The position numbers were made by a program, and so were the translations under genes. 64,000 nucleotides of DNA, taken from positions 32,302,001 to 32,366,000 of the forward strand of contig NW_025964112.1 in the NCBI RefSeq assembly GCF_023055435.1, in the 5' to 3' direction. Origin of the DNA: Haliotis rufescens (Eukaryota). Below the pieces are notes generated by a model. That model had not been told where the DNA came from and did not search any database. It saw only the letters and a program-made list of their open reading frames with translations. This document shows positions 28,301-40,127 of this stretch, in pieces (within the stretch, counting starts at the first letter, position 1; the number at the start of each line of letters is the position of its first letter).

Positions 28301-31300
28301 AATTACGCAATTATTCAACATTATGAAATGCCACGCCTGTCCGAAAATGAGCGTCTGCGAGCCATTGGTATGCTTGAAGCAGGATCAAGTCAATGTGATG
28401 TTGCAAGACAATTTAACATCCACAGAAACACCATTTGGTGTTTATGGCAACGTTGGCACGAGTGCAGTCACAGACCATCCTCGGAGTGGAAGGCCACGCG
28501 TAACCAGTCATCGACAAGACAACTGGATTCGAGCAACACACCTACGAAATCGATTCCAGCCAGCAAGAGTGACTGAAAGAAGCATCCCTGGCCTTTGACG
28601 AATATCTTCACAAACCGTACGTCGTCGCCTCAGGTGTGCAGGGATTGTCGCCAGAAGACCCGCCAGACGTCCCATTTTGACAGGAAACCACCTTCAAGCA
28701 CATCTACAGTGGTGCAGACAGTGTCTACGCTGGAAGGCCATGCAGTTGGGACAAGTTCTATTCACTGACGAGCTTCGTTTTCACCTCAGCCACAGCGATG
28801 GACGGATTTGAGTGTACCGACGTCGAGGTGAACGTTACATCAATCATTGTGTCATGGAAGAAGATCGTGGCATGGCATTGTTATAGTATGGGGTGGGATT
28901 ACAGCAAGACAGAGGACCCGTTTGATAGTGGTAGAGGGAAATCTCAATGGACAGCGCTACCGCGACGAGATCATCGGCCCTGTTGTTCTACCGTTTTTGT
29001 GTTGTCACGGCCCAGGCATTACGCCTGGCCTCATATTGCTCGACTTGTTCAGGATTCTCTTCAACAAAAAACGTGAATGTCATTCCCTGGCCGGCTCGCT
29101 CTCCTGATCTCTCACCAATCGAGCACATGTGGGATGAGATGGATCGGCGCCTTCGACGTCAACCACGTGTTCCACAGACACTCCAGGAACCTCGAAACAT
29201 GCTCCAGCAGATATGGACAGATATCCCACAGGACTTTGTGCGACGCCTGGTCCATTCCATGAGACAAAGATGTGTTGCTTGCATCGCAACGAGAGGTGGA
29301 CACACACGCTATTGATTTGTAAATTGACATTTTGGCATTTTCATGTTTGTTATGAAATCACACATTTTCTGAAGTCAGTATCGCAAATCAAAATATTTAA
29401 ACCATTTGATTGCTCTCTCAATGTGTCTCTTACAGGAGTCTTTTATCTGTTGCAAACCAAAATTGTTTCAGATTTGGTAAAAAACATAACGTTGCATTAA
29501 ATCTTATTTAATGTCAAGGGAACTTTTGTTGTTCAGTATATGTCAACACGTACTTCTCGCAATCATGTGCGTGGGAGCCTCAACGCTGACTGGTCAAACT
29601 GGCTCCACGTGAAAAATATATATAGATACTGCAGAAAATCTTGACATATTATGTCCCTACTTGTCAGAAGACTATAAACCTGAGCAGTCAGGCTCCTGCT
29701 GAGAAGGAAATCTCCATGGTCACAGCTGGAATGCTTATCACAGATATAGTCACACATTTCCCATGTGACATCTGCTCCATGACACCCTTTCTGCCTCATT
29801 GTACTGGCCCTCACTATAACAACAGACTGCTCTATAACAACATACTGGGCCTGACTATTATAACAGACTGACTCTATATCCCCTGACTAGGACGTCTCTC
29901 ATAACATCCAACTGACGGGGACATCACTATAACATCCGACTGCCACTCAGCACTGACAGGGGCTTTACTATAACATCTGACTGCCACACATCCGACTGCC
30001 ACATAGCACAGACGGGGACATCACTTTTACATCCAACTGCCACCCAGCACTGACAGGGGCTTTACTATAACATCTGACTGCCACACATCCCACTGCCACA
30101 TAGCACAGACGGGGACATCACTATTACATCCAACTGCCACCAAGCACTGACAGGGGCTTTACTATAACATCTGACTGCCACACATTCGACTGCCACATAG
30201 CACAGACAGGGACATCACTATAACATTCGACTTCCACACAGCACTGAGGGGGGCTTCACTATAACATCTGACTGCCACACACCACCGACTAGGACATCGA
30301 TATAACATCCAACTGCCACCCAGCACTGACTGGGACATCACTTTAACATCCGACTGCCACCCAGCACTGACAAGGACATCACTATAACATCCGACTGCCA
30401 CACATCCGACTGCCACACAGCACTGACAAGGACATCACTATAACATCCGACTGCCACACATCCGACTGCCACTCAGCACTGACTGGGACATCACTATAAC
30501 ATCCAACTGCCACACATCCGACTGCCACTCAGCACTGACTGGGACATCACCATAACATCCGACTGCCACACATCCGACTGCCACTCAGCACTGACTGGGA
30601 CATCACCATAACATCCGACTGCCACTCAGCACTGACTTGGACATCACTATAACATCCGACTGCCACACATCACTGACAAGGACATCACTATAACATCCGA
30701 CTGCCACTCAGCACTGACTGGGACATCACCATAACATCCGACTGCCACTCAGCACTGACTGGGACATCACCATAACATCCGACTGCCACTCAGCACTGAC
30801 TGGGACATCACTATAACATCATATACTTGACACGCTTGAAGCAATGTCATTCAAGGCCATCATAAGAATGTATGGCAGTCTACATTGACATATTCATTGT
30901 ACACGGAGTATGGCTGTGCTTAGTTAATTCATATTCATATATTTACTTAATAACCAACAAATTTTCCAGCTGTCATGTTCTGAAATATGTCCTAATAATA
31001 GAATTGGAATTTAAATTGTGTCCTGATACTTGCAATAACTGAATCAGCAACAAATGATGACTAAAATGTTTAGATAATTCTGTTGCTTAGCAAATACCAC
31101 TATCATATTAGCTTTTATTCACACCATTATTCATTTTATAGACTCTGGAGACAAATGGTATCACAAGAAGCTAGTACAAGATTGACTTCTAGGGTATGTT
31201 TCTGAAGTGTGATCCTTAGGCCGTAACTTGCTCAGTGTCCACTGTGTAGATTATCAGTAGTAATAATTTCACTGCACATGAGTATCAGGGTAGTATCTAG

Positions 31301-34300
31301 CCTTTGTCTGGATGCACCCTGAGTGCTGGTGATAGTCAACACATTACGTCATCACCACTGTATCAGCCGGATAAAATACTGGATGACAAATGAAATGAGA
31401 TGATGATAATTGTGATTGCTATAGGCAGTTGTGATAGGGGGGAAATGTTCCTATCACATTAGCATTGCATAATATGTGTGGAGGGATAATTGCTTCACTG
31501 CTTGCTGTATTGACTCCTGGTGATCACAGTGGTGAACACGGCCTGCAGCTGTGTTGTTGATGACGACGACCTGTAAGGGACCTTAGTCCTAGCGCACACT
31601 GCTGCAGTCACTGAGTCACACAGGGGGAATAGGTATCAGCCAGTCAGTGTCGTTACTTCATTTTCAAGGACTTTCTACCTGGTAAACTATACACTTTGTG
31701 GGCTTGTCTTGGTAATATATTTGCAGAATTGTTCTCCAAGAGAATGATGAACTAGGTATTTCACTATGTTTGCTACTGTATTTTACCAGTATTCTTCAGT
31801 GTTATTGCAATGCTTGTGTTTTCATGCAGGTTCATATTTGTGCTGTGTAGGCTGCCAGTATTGACACCATGACACACTCAGTGCTATGTCTCCCATTCAC
31901 AATGTATTATCCTGACTGTTTGTGTTCTAGCTGTGTCCCACACCCTCACCACCATGTCATCACTTCCCTCCATCCGCCCCATCGTCATCAGCGGCCCATC
32001 CGGCAGCGGGAAGAGCACGCTGCTGAACATGCTGTTTGAGGAATTCCCCAACAGCTTCGCCTTCAGCGTCTCACGTAAGTCACTCCTCCTTATCCCCCTC
32101 ATTCTAGCACAGTGATGAGGACAACAACGTCATGTAACATGTTGGAGATGATGCCAATGAGAACTGGCCCGCCCCTGGATGCACCACCCAGAGTGACTGT
32201 TCCCTATGTTTGATGTACGGGTACAGTGCACCACCCAGAGTGACTGTTCCCTATGTTTGATGTATGGGTACAGTGCACCACCCAGAGTGACTGTTCCCTA
32301 TGTTTGATGTATGGGTACAGTGCACCACCCAGAGTGTCTGTTCCCTATGTTTGATGTACGGGTACAGTGCACCACCCAGAGTGACTGTTCCCTATGTTTG
32401 ATGTACGGGTACAGTGCACCACCCAGAGTGTCTGTTCCCTATGTTTGATGTATGGGTACAGTGCACCACCTAGAGTGACTGTTCTCTATGTTTGATGTAT
32501 GGGTACAGTGCACCACCCAGAGTGACTGTTCTCTATGTTTGATGAATAGGTACAGTGCACCACCCAGAGTGACTGTTCCCTATGTTTGATGTATGGGTAC
32601 AGTGCACCACCTAGAGTGTCTGTTCCCTATGTTTGATGTACGGGTACAGTGCACCACCCAGAGTGACTGTTCCCTATGTTTGATGTACGGGTACAGTGCA
32701 CCACCCAGAGTGTCTGTTCCCTATGTTTGATGTATGGGTACAGTGCACCACCTAGAGTGACTGTTCCCTATGTTTGATGTATGGGTACAGTGCACCACCC
32801 AGAGTGACTGTTCCCTATGTTTGATGTACGGGTACAGTGCACCACCCAGAGTGTCTGTTCCCTATGTTTGATGTATGGGTACAGTGCACCACCTAGAGTG
32901 ACTGTTCCCTATGTTTGATGTATGGGTACAGTGCACCACCCAGAGTGACTGTTCTCTATGTTTGATGAATGGGTACAGTGCACCACCCAGAGTGACTGTT
33001 CCCTATGTTTGATGTATGGGTACAGTGCCCCACCCAGAGTGTCTGTTCCCTATGTTTGATGTATGGGTACAGTGCAGCACCTAGAGTGACTGTTCCCTAT
33101 GTTTGATGTACAGGTACAGTGCACCACCCAGAGTGACTGTTCCCATGTTTGATGTATGGGTACAGTGCACCACCCAGAGTGACTGTTCCCTATGTTTGAT
33201 GTACGGGTACAGTGCACCACCCAGAGTGACCGTTCCCTATGTTTGATGTATGGGTACAGTGCACCACCCAGAGTGACTGTTCCCTATGTTTGATGTACGG
33301 GTACAGTGCACCACCCAGAGTGTCTGTTCCCTATGTTTGATGTATGGGTACAGTGCACCACCTAGAGTGACTGTTCCCTATGTTTGATGTACGGGTACAG
33401 TGCACCACCCAGAGTGACTGTTCTCTATGTTTGATGAATGGGTACAGTGCACCACCCAGAGTGACTGTTCTCTATGTTTGATGTATGGGTACAGTGCACC
33501 ACCCAGAGTGACTGTTCCCTATGTTTGATGTACGGGTACAGTGCACCACCCAGAGTGTCTGTTCCCTATGTTTGATGTATGGGTACAGTGCACCACCCAG
33601 AGTGACTGTTCCCTATGTTTGATGTATGGGTACAGTGCACCACCTAGAGTGACTGTTCCCTATGTTTGATGTACAGGTACAGTGCACCACCCAGAGTGAC
33701 TGTTCTCTATGTTTGATGAATGGGTACAGTGCACCACCCAGAGTGAATGTTCCCTATGTTTGATGTATGGGTACAGTGCACCACCCAGAGTGTCCGTTCC
33801 CTATGTTTGATGTATGGGTACAGTGCAGCACCCAGAGTGACTGTTCCCTATGTTTGATGTACGGGTACAGTGCACCACCCAGAGTGTCCGTTCCCTATGT
33901 TTGATGTACAGGTACAGTGCACCACCCAGAGTGACCGTTTCCTATGTTTGATGTATGGGTACAGTGCACCACCCAGAGTGACTGTTCCCTATGTTTGATG
34001 TACGGGTACAGTGCACCACCCAGAGTGACCGTTCCCTATGTTTGATGTATGGGTACAGTGCACCACCCAGAGTGACTGTTCCCTATGTTTGATGTATGGG
34101 TACAGTGCACCACCCAGAGTGACTGTTCCCTATGTTTGATGTACGGGTACAGTGCACCACCCAGAGTGACTGTTCCCTATGTTTGATGTATGGGTACAGT
34201 GCACCACCCAGAGTGACTGTTCCCTATGTTTGATGTACGGGTACAGTGCACCACCCAGAGTGACTGTTCCCTATGTTTGATGTATGGGTACAGTGCACCA

Positions 34301-37300
34301 CCCAGAGTGACCGTTCCCTATGTTTGATGTACGGGTACAGTGCACCACCCAGAGTGACCGTTCCCTATGTTTGATGTATGGGTACAGTGCACCACCCAGA
34401 GTGACTGTTCCCTATGTTTGATGTATGGGTACAGTGCACCACCCAGAGTGACTGTTCCCTATGTTTGATGTACGGGTACAGTGCACCACCCAGAGTGACT
34501 GTTCCCTATGTTTGATGTATGGGTACAGTGCACCACCCAGAGTGACTGTTCCCTATGTTTGATGTACGGGTACAGTGCACCACCCAGAGTGACTGTTCCC
34601 TATGTTTGATGTATGGGTACAGTGCAGCACCCAGAGTGACTGTTCCCTATGTTTGATGTACGGGTACAGTGCACCACCCAGAGTTCCCTTAGATATCTGT
34701 TTGAGATACATGGAGTTAGCATAGTTAGTTTTCTTACACAAGTTGCAAATACAGATATGGTTAATTATTTGTATTTATTTTATTCCAAGGAATATCTTTG
34801 TTTTAGATACCACTCGAAAACCTCGGCCAGGTGAAGTTGAAGGCAAAGGTGAGACTGTTTTTAGAATAGATCTAACATTGTTCATCTTGGTATAACAACA
34901 TGTCAACTGGTATAGTTATTATACACACTAAAACATTTTCCACTTGTTAATATGATCTTTAAAAAAATGTTTATCAAATAAGAATTTAGCGAACTACAGT
35001 AACATATGTTCTCAAGATGATGTTCCTCTTGCAGACTACCATTATGTGATGAGGGAAGAGTTTGACAAGCTGGTGGCTGCCGATGGCTTTCTGGAGTGGG
35101 CTCAGTTCTCAGGCAACTGCTATGGGACAAGGTAAGGGAGTACTAGGATAATGTATCAGACTGGGACAAATGTTGTCAATCAAGTGTCAGTGGTGGCTCC
35201 TACGTACTGTTTAGTTAAAGGTATATCAAAACACATGTTTACATAAACACGAGATTCTTGTTTGATTATGAATCACAATGCATGGCATTTAGATTGACAT
35301 AAACATGACATCTGTGTTTACACATGTATCACATTCCATGGTGGTGTCTCAGTTGAAGGAACCCAATATTGTGTTTTTTCAGCAAGAAGTCTGTGGATGA
35401 CATCAGCAAGTCTGGGAAGATCTGCATTCTAGATGTTGAAATCAATGGTGTTAAGAACATAAAGAAAACTGACCTTGTTGCCAGATACATCTTCATCAAG
35501 CCACCCAGTCTGGAAATCCTGGTACGTGGGATGAGTCAGCAGTAGTCAGTGGTCACTGACATCCCGTGGGGATTCCGGGGCAGAATACTCGCATCCCATG
35601 CTTGTTGTAAGACTAGGAGCCAAATACTGATGGGAGATGAGATGAAATGGGGGTTAAAGTTGCATTCAAGATCATTGCATATAGCGGCATGCATGTACGT
35701 GTGTGGCACTAGTCAAGACTTATCCTGGTTTTATAGTGCTAGCCCACAGAGTTATCCATGCCCAGTTTACAGATACCCCACTCAGACCAATCCTCATTTT
35801 ATCCCCATAATGCCGAGTGCCAGGCAGGGTAACAACAAGTCTTTTAGTATGACATAGCCAGGGATTACACTACCAAATTGATGCTCTCCGGGCAGATGCT
35901 CTGTCTACTAGCACATGGAGGCGGTCCCCTATACTGGGGATGGGAGCTGTAGGGTTGTATCACTGCACCACTATGCATGCATTTAACAAGTTGCCCTGAC
36001 TGTGTTATGGGCAGCTTGATCCTAGGGGCATTCCAAGTTAGAACCAGCAGTGAGGTGTACGGGAGTCGGGACAGTGAGGTGTACAGGAGTCGGGACAGTC
36101 AGGTGTACGAGAGTCGGGACAGTCAGGTGTACGAGAGTCGGGACAGCGAGGTGTACAAGAGTCGGGGCAGTGAGGTGTACGAGAGTAGGGACAGTGAGGT
36201 GTACAAGAGTCGGGACAGTGAGGTGTACAAGAGTCGGGACAGTGAGGTGTACAAGACTCGGGACAGTGAGGTGTACGGGAGTCGGGACAGTGAGGTGTAC
36301 GAGAGTCGGGACAGTGAGGTGTACGAGAGTCGGGACAGTCAGGTGGACGAGAGTTGGGACGGTCAGAGTTGGGACAGTCAGGTGTACGAGTCAGGTGGAC
36401 GAGAGTTGGGACGGTCAGAGTTGGGACAGTCAGGTGGACGAGAGTTGGGACAGTCAGGTGTACAAGAGTCGGGACAGTGAGGTGTACAAGAGTCAGGACA
36501 GTGAGGTGTACGAGAGTCGGGACAGTGAGGTGTACGAGAGTTGGGACAGTCAGGTGGACGAGAGTTGGGACGGTCAGGTGGACGAGAGTCGGGACAGTCA
36601 GGTGTACGAGAGTCAGGACAGTCAGGTGTATGAGAGTCGGGACAGTCAGGTGGACGAGTCAGGTGGACGAGAGTTGGGACGGTCAGAGTTGGGACAGTCA
36701 GGTGGACGAGAGTCAGGACAGTCAGGTGTACGAGAGTCGGGACAGTCAGGTGGACGATAGTTGGGACGGTCAGGTGGACGAGAGTTGGGACAGTCAGGTG
36801 AACAAGAGTCGGGACAGTGAGGTGTATAAGAGTCAGGACAGTGAGGTGTACGAGAGTCGGGACAGTGAGGTGTACGAGAGTTGGGACAGTCAGGTGGACG
36901 AGAGTTGGGACGGTCAGGTGGACGAGAGTCAGGACAGTGAGGTGTATGAGAGTCAGGACAGTGAGGTGTATGAGAGTCGGGACAGTCAGGTGTACGAGAG
37001 TCGGGAAAGTGAGGTGTACGAGAGTGGGTACAGCTACTCATTACAGAGGGTGCTGTTCACAGATCATAAGTATTGACAGTGAGGTGTATGAGAGTCAGGA
37101 CAGTCAGGTGTACGAGAGTCAGGACAGTCAGGTGTATGAGAGTCGGGACAGTCAGGTGTACGAGAGTCGGGACAGTGAGGTGTACGAGAGTCGGGACAGT
37201 CAGGTGGACGAGAGTTGGGACGGTCAGAGTTGGGACAGTCAGGTGTACGAGTCAGGTGGACGAGAGTTGGGACGGTCAGAGTTGGGACAGTCAGGTGGAC

Positions 37301-40127
37301 GAGAGTTGGGACAGTCAGGTGTACAAGAGTCGGGACAGTGAGGTGTACAAGAGTCAGGACAGTGAGGTGTACGAGAGTCGGGACAGTCAGGTGGACGAGA
37401 GTTGGGACAGTCAGGTGGACGAGAGTTGGGACAGTCAGGTGTACAAGAGTTGGGACAGTCAGGTGTACAAGAGTCAGGACAGTGAGGTGTACGAGAGTCG
37501 GGACAGTCAGGTGGACGAGAGTTGGGACAGTCAGGTGGACGAGAGTTGGGACGGTCAGGTGGACGAGAGTCGGGACAGTCAGGTGTACGAGAGTCAGGAC
37601 AGTCAGGTGTACGAGAGTCAGGACAGTCAGGTGGACGAGTCAGGAGGACGAGAGTTGGGACGGTCAGAGTTGGGACAGTCAGGTGTACGAGTCAGGTGGA
37701 CGAGAGTCAGGACAGTCAGGTGGACGAGAGTCGGGACAGTCAGGTGGACGAGAGTTGGGACGGTCAGGTGGACGAGAGATGGGACAGTCAGGTGTACAAG
37801 AGTCGGGACAGTGAGGTGTATAAGAGTCAGGACAGTGAGGTGTACGAGAGTCGGGACAGTGAGGTGTACGAGAGTTGGGACAGTCAGGTGGACGAGAGTT
37901 GGGACAGTCAGGTGTACAAGAGTCAGGACAGTGAGGTGTACGAGAGTCGGGACAGTCAGGTGGACGAGAGTTGGGACAGTCAGGTGGACGAGAGTTGGGA
38001 CGGTCAGGTGGACGAGAGTCGGGACAGTCAGGTGTACGAGAGTCAGGACAGTCAGGTGTACGAGAGTCAGGACAGTCAGGTGGACGAGTCAGGAGGACGA
38101 GAGTTGGGACGGTCAGAGTTGGGACAGTCAGGTGGACGAGTCAGGTGGACGAGAGTCAGGACAGTCAGGTGGACGAGAGTCGGGACAGTCAGGTGGACGA
38201 GAGTTGGGACGGTCAGGTGGACGAGAGATGGGACAGTCAGGTGTACAAGAGTCGGGACAGTGAGGTGTATAAGAGTCAGGACAGTGAGGTGTACGAGAGT
38301 CGGGACAGTGAGGTGTACGAGAGTTGGGACAGTCAGGTGGACGAGAGTTGGGACGGTCAGGTGGACGAGAGTCAGGACAGTGAGGTGTATGAGAGTCAGG
38401 ACAGTGAGGTGTATGAGAGTCGGGACAGTCAGGTGTACGAGAGTCGGGACAGTGAGGTGTACGAGAGTGGTTACAGCTACTCATTACAGAGGGTGCTGTT
38501 CACAGATCATAAGTATTGACAGTGAGGTGTATGAGAGTCAGGACAGTCAGGTGTACGAGAGTCAGGACAGTCAGGTGTATGAGAGTCGGACAGTCAGGTG
38601 CACGAGAGTCGGGACAGTCAGGTGTACGAGAGTGGGTACAGCTACTCATTACAGAGGGTGCTGTTCACAGATCATAAGTATTGACAGTGAGGTGTATGAG
38701 AGTCAGGACAGTGACGAGTACGAGAGTCGGTTGCTCCAGTAATGAAAAACATGGTGTGTACCGGTAATCTTCCTCTCTCTATGTGTCTCTAATTGATCCA
38801 ACATGGACAAAACTTAACAGTGCCCAATGTTCACAGGAACGAAGACTACAGGAGCGAGGGACAGAGACTCACGAGAGCCTCAAGAAGCGGATGGACACTG
38901 TGAAGGAAGCTTTAGATTATGGTAATTGACCCCTTACAAATAAAAACTGTTTCCAAACGATGCAAGTTGCTTAACGAGGACCATGCTCCCCAAAATGGTG
39001 TCCAATTCCAGTCCACAAAACATGAATAAACGAACACAAATAAGTGAAAAAATATTAAGTTGTCTTGATCAAACATCCTTGCTCCAATCTTAACAAAAAT
39101 ACACTGGTTAATCCCTTTGCTTCCTGGATATTTTATCAAAATATTGTTGAAGAAACATACAATAATGTCGGTTGATTTTATTCCTTTTCTCTGTGAAGTG
39201 GATGTTTCTCCATTTCAGCTGATGGCAACAATTATGATTCTGTGATTGTCAATGACGTTAAAGAGGAGGCATACTCCCAGTTGAGGGAAACTTTGATAGA
39301 GGTGAGCAGTAACACCTTCACTTTTTACGAATGTGTGTTTTCCTGTTTTAAAATGCAGAACAAAATCTGGAGTTATGAATCTTTTCATCTTATACCCTGC
39401 CCATATACGTTAGGGGCAATAATATTGAAACAGGCTCTGCCCCTTTGTCATGTTGTGTTCCTGGAGCATAACTCATAAGCTCCTCTACACTTTTGTGTAG
39501 ACCTTTGTTTACACATCTTGCATGACTGGCACCTTGTTTGCTATTCAGGATGTTTTAAATATTTATTTATTTTTAAGGAAACATGTGGGACTTGTGGGTA
39601 GGCAAGGTTTCCAGAGCATAACTCATAAACCATTCATTCTTCTTCATGAAACTTTGTATATACATCAATTGAGTGCTGAACTGGTGCTTTTGGCCATTTG
39701 GGTGTTTGACAAAGATTTACTTTTTTTTGTTAATTTCGAAGGATACAGGTAAAACTTCCGTTCATTGAAACTTTGTATTCACATCAGACATAATACAACC
39801 ATGTGGAGACTCCCAGTACCTATGGTTGTTGTAAGAGGTGACTGGATGGATTTGGTGGTCAGGCTCTGTGACTTGGTTGATTGTGTGACCCCATACTTTC
39901 ACAGTGTAGGACTGATGCTCATAAAGTCACTGGAATTTCATGTCACGACTTGACAAGTTTCAGCCTGCTGTGATATAGCCACCTTATTGCTTAGTGCAGT
40001 GTTAATTAACAAACTTTTAAAGGGTGGGGGTTATGGATGACTTTGTCTTCTTGTCATATATAACTGTGTTTGTATAACAAGTGATTTTCTTTTTCAGGAC
40101 ATCAAAAGCCTCAAACCCAGCAACTAG
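10345..40127 (+). CDS. GUK1: Guanylate kinase. Core exons 31931(Met 31954)-32074, 34807-34848, 35035-35131, 35383-35521, 38837-38921, 39219-39301, 40098-40127 (198 aa from Met 31954); probable upstream exon 10345-10396 gives a 223-aa form
   Basis: [24 protein letters not shown] (P-loop)...[23 protein letters not shown] (guanylate kinase signature)...[16 protein letters not shown]...[10 protein letters not shown]...[21 protein letters not shown]...YDSVIVND...DIKSLKPSN*. All introns GT-AG with consistent phases. Confidence 0.95.
11542..14217. repeat. Compound minisatellite, ~26-32 bp unit TATCTG(G/A)CACT(G/T)TACAG(GT)n, in GUK1 intron 1
   Basis: Directly visible; ~2.7 kb. Confidence 0.97.
16195..16685 (+). 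mobile_element. HINE/DINE-like element
   Basis: TTATTCCC...GGCGGGGGAT palindrome, (GTCC)n microsatellite, internal ~170-bp repeat, CTTGTT end. Confidence 0.65.
16770..16886 (+). mobile_element. 5'-truncated SINE family A
   Basis: TTCGATTCCCGACATGGGTAC...GAAGCCCATTTCTGGTGTC...ACTCACT tail. Confidence 0.8.
16930..18610 (-). mobile_element. Degenerate 5'-truncated non-LTR retrotransposon (I/Nimb-like LINE)
   Basis: Minus-strand RT fragments [51 protein letters not shown]; many stops and frameshifts; boundaries approximate. Confidence 0.75.
22740..22930 (+). mobile_element. SINE-like repeat family C
   Basis: GACTTGGTTGA...ATCCCAATTGC...GCTCATG...GAATATTGCTGAG; other copies near 24320-25090 (split), 39815-40010, 44695-44885, 49760-50019, 53610-53750. 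Confidence 0.6.
24375..24915. mobile_element. MITE-like insertion splitting a family C repeat
   Basis: Subterminal inverted repeats CCCTGCCACAGGC / GCCTGTGGCAGAGG; flanks rejoin to the family C consensus. Confidence 0.45.
25885..26135 (+). mobile_element. tRNA-derived SINE family B (central domain resembles Meta/MESC-type SINEs; unverified)
   Basis: TGGTCTAGTGG A-box, GGTTCG B-box, GTCATACCAAAAGA...GCCCTGCCTGGCGCTC core; inverted copy ~35700-35928. Confidence 0.6.
26142..26238. repeat. (GA)n / (CA,CG)n microsatellite
   Basis: Directly visible. Confidence 0.85.
26400..27700 (-). mobile_element. Degenerate pogo/Tigger-type DDE transposase fragment with C-terminal PHD-like Cys/His cluster
   Basis: [11 protein letters not shown]...[22 protein letters not shown] (DDE_1 motif, one catalytic D to N); CCKC...WAQC...HWTHLRFC...FWCPCH. 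Confidence 0.75.
28063..29538 (+). mobile_element. Tc1-family DNA transposon, near full length, inactivated
   Basis: TIRs TACT(C/G)AACAACAAAAGTTCC with TA TSD; [19 protein letters not shown] paired-like [42 protein letters not shown]; frameshifts and loss of the second catalytic D region. Confidence 0.92.
29880..30820. repeat. Minisatellite with 41-bp and 56-bp unit variants (GACATCACTATAACATCCGACTGCCAC[ACATCCGACTGCCAC]TCAGCACTGACTGG)
   Basis: Directly visible. Confidence 0.93.
31931..32074 (+). CDS. GUK1: GUK1 exon with P-loop (Met at 31954)
   Basis: ttctag acceptor; [33 protein letters not shown]; gtaagt donor. Confidence 0.95.
32180..34684. repeat. 47-bp minisatellite, ~53 copies, GUK1 intron 2
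   Basis: TGCACCACCCAGAGTGACTGTTCCCTATGTTTGATGTA(C/T)GGGTACAG, highly homogeneous. Confidence 0.98.
34807..34848 (+). CDS. GUK1: GUK1 exon
   Basis: (H)[13 protein letters not shown]; tttag / gtgaga. Confidence 0.93.
35035..35131 (+). CDS. GUK1: GUK1 exon
   Basis: (D)[31 protein letters not shown]; ttgcag / gtaagg. Confidence 0.94.
35383..35521 (+). CDS. GUK1: GUK1 exon
   Basis: [46 protein letters not shown]; tttcag / gtacgt. Confidence 0.94.
35700..35928 (-). mobile_element. SINE family B copy
   Basis: Reverse complement matches 25885-26135 (GACCGCCTCCATG...GTCATAC...CCCTGCCTGGC...GTGGGGTATC). Confidence 0.6.
36048..38730. repeat. 24-bp minisatellite (CAGT(G/C)AGGTG(T/G)ACGAGAGT(C/T)(G/A)GGA) with higher-order blocks, GUK1 intron 5
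   Basis: Directly visible; interrupted three times by the same ~50-bp unique segment. Confidence 0.97.
38837..38921 (+). CDS. GUK1: GUK1 exon
   Basis: [28 protein letters not shown] (LID region); tcacag / gtaatt. Confidence 0.93.
39219..39301 (+). CDS. GUK1: GUK1 exon
   Basis: [27 protein letters not shown]; tttcag / gtgagc. Confidence 0.92.
39390..40060 (+). mobile_element. Degenerate HINE-like element with inserted family C SINE
   Basis: TTATACCCTGCCC...GGGGC start; CCAGAGCATAACTC repeats as in 16195-16685. Confidence 0.5.
40098..40127 (+). CDS. GUK1: GUK1 last coding exon
   Basis: cttttcag|[12 protein letters not shown]; phase 0. Confidence 0.82.
   Translation, partial: DIKSLKPSN

Noticed and set aside
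32180-34684. CRISPR-like regular array
   Set aside because: No unique spacers, no cas genes, eukaryotic intron.
35977-38742. Long repetitive ORFs (SRDSEVYE / VGTVRCTR) up to 406 aa
   Set aside because: The 24-bp unit keeps frames open trivially; the region lies inside a GUK1 intron whose flanking exons join in phase without it.
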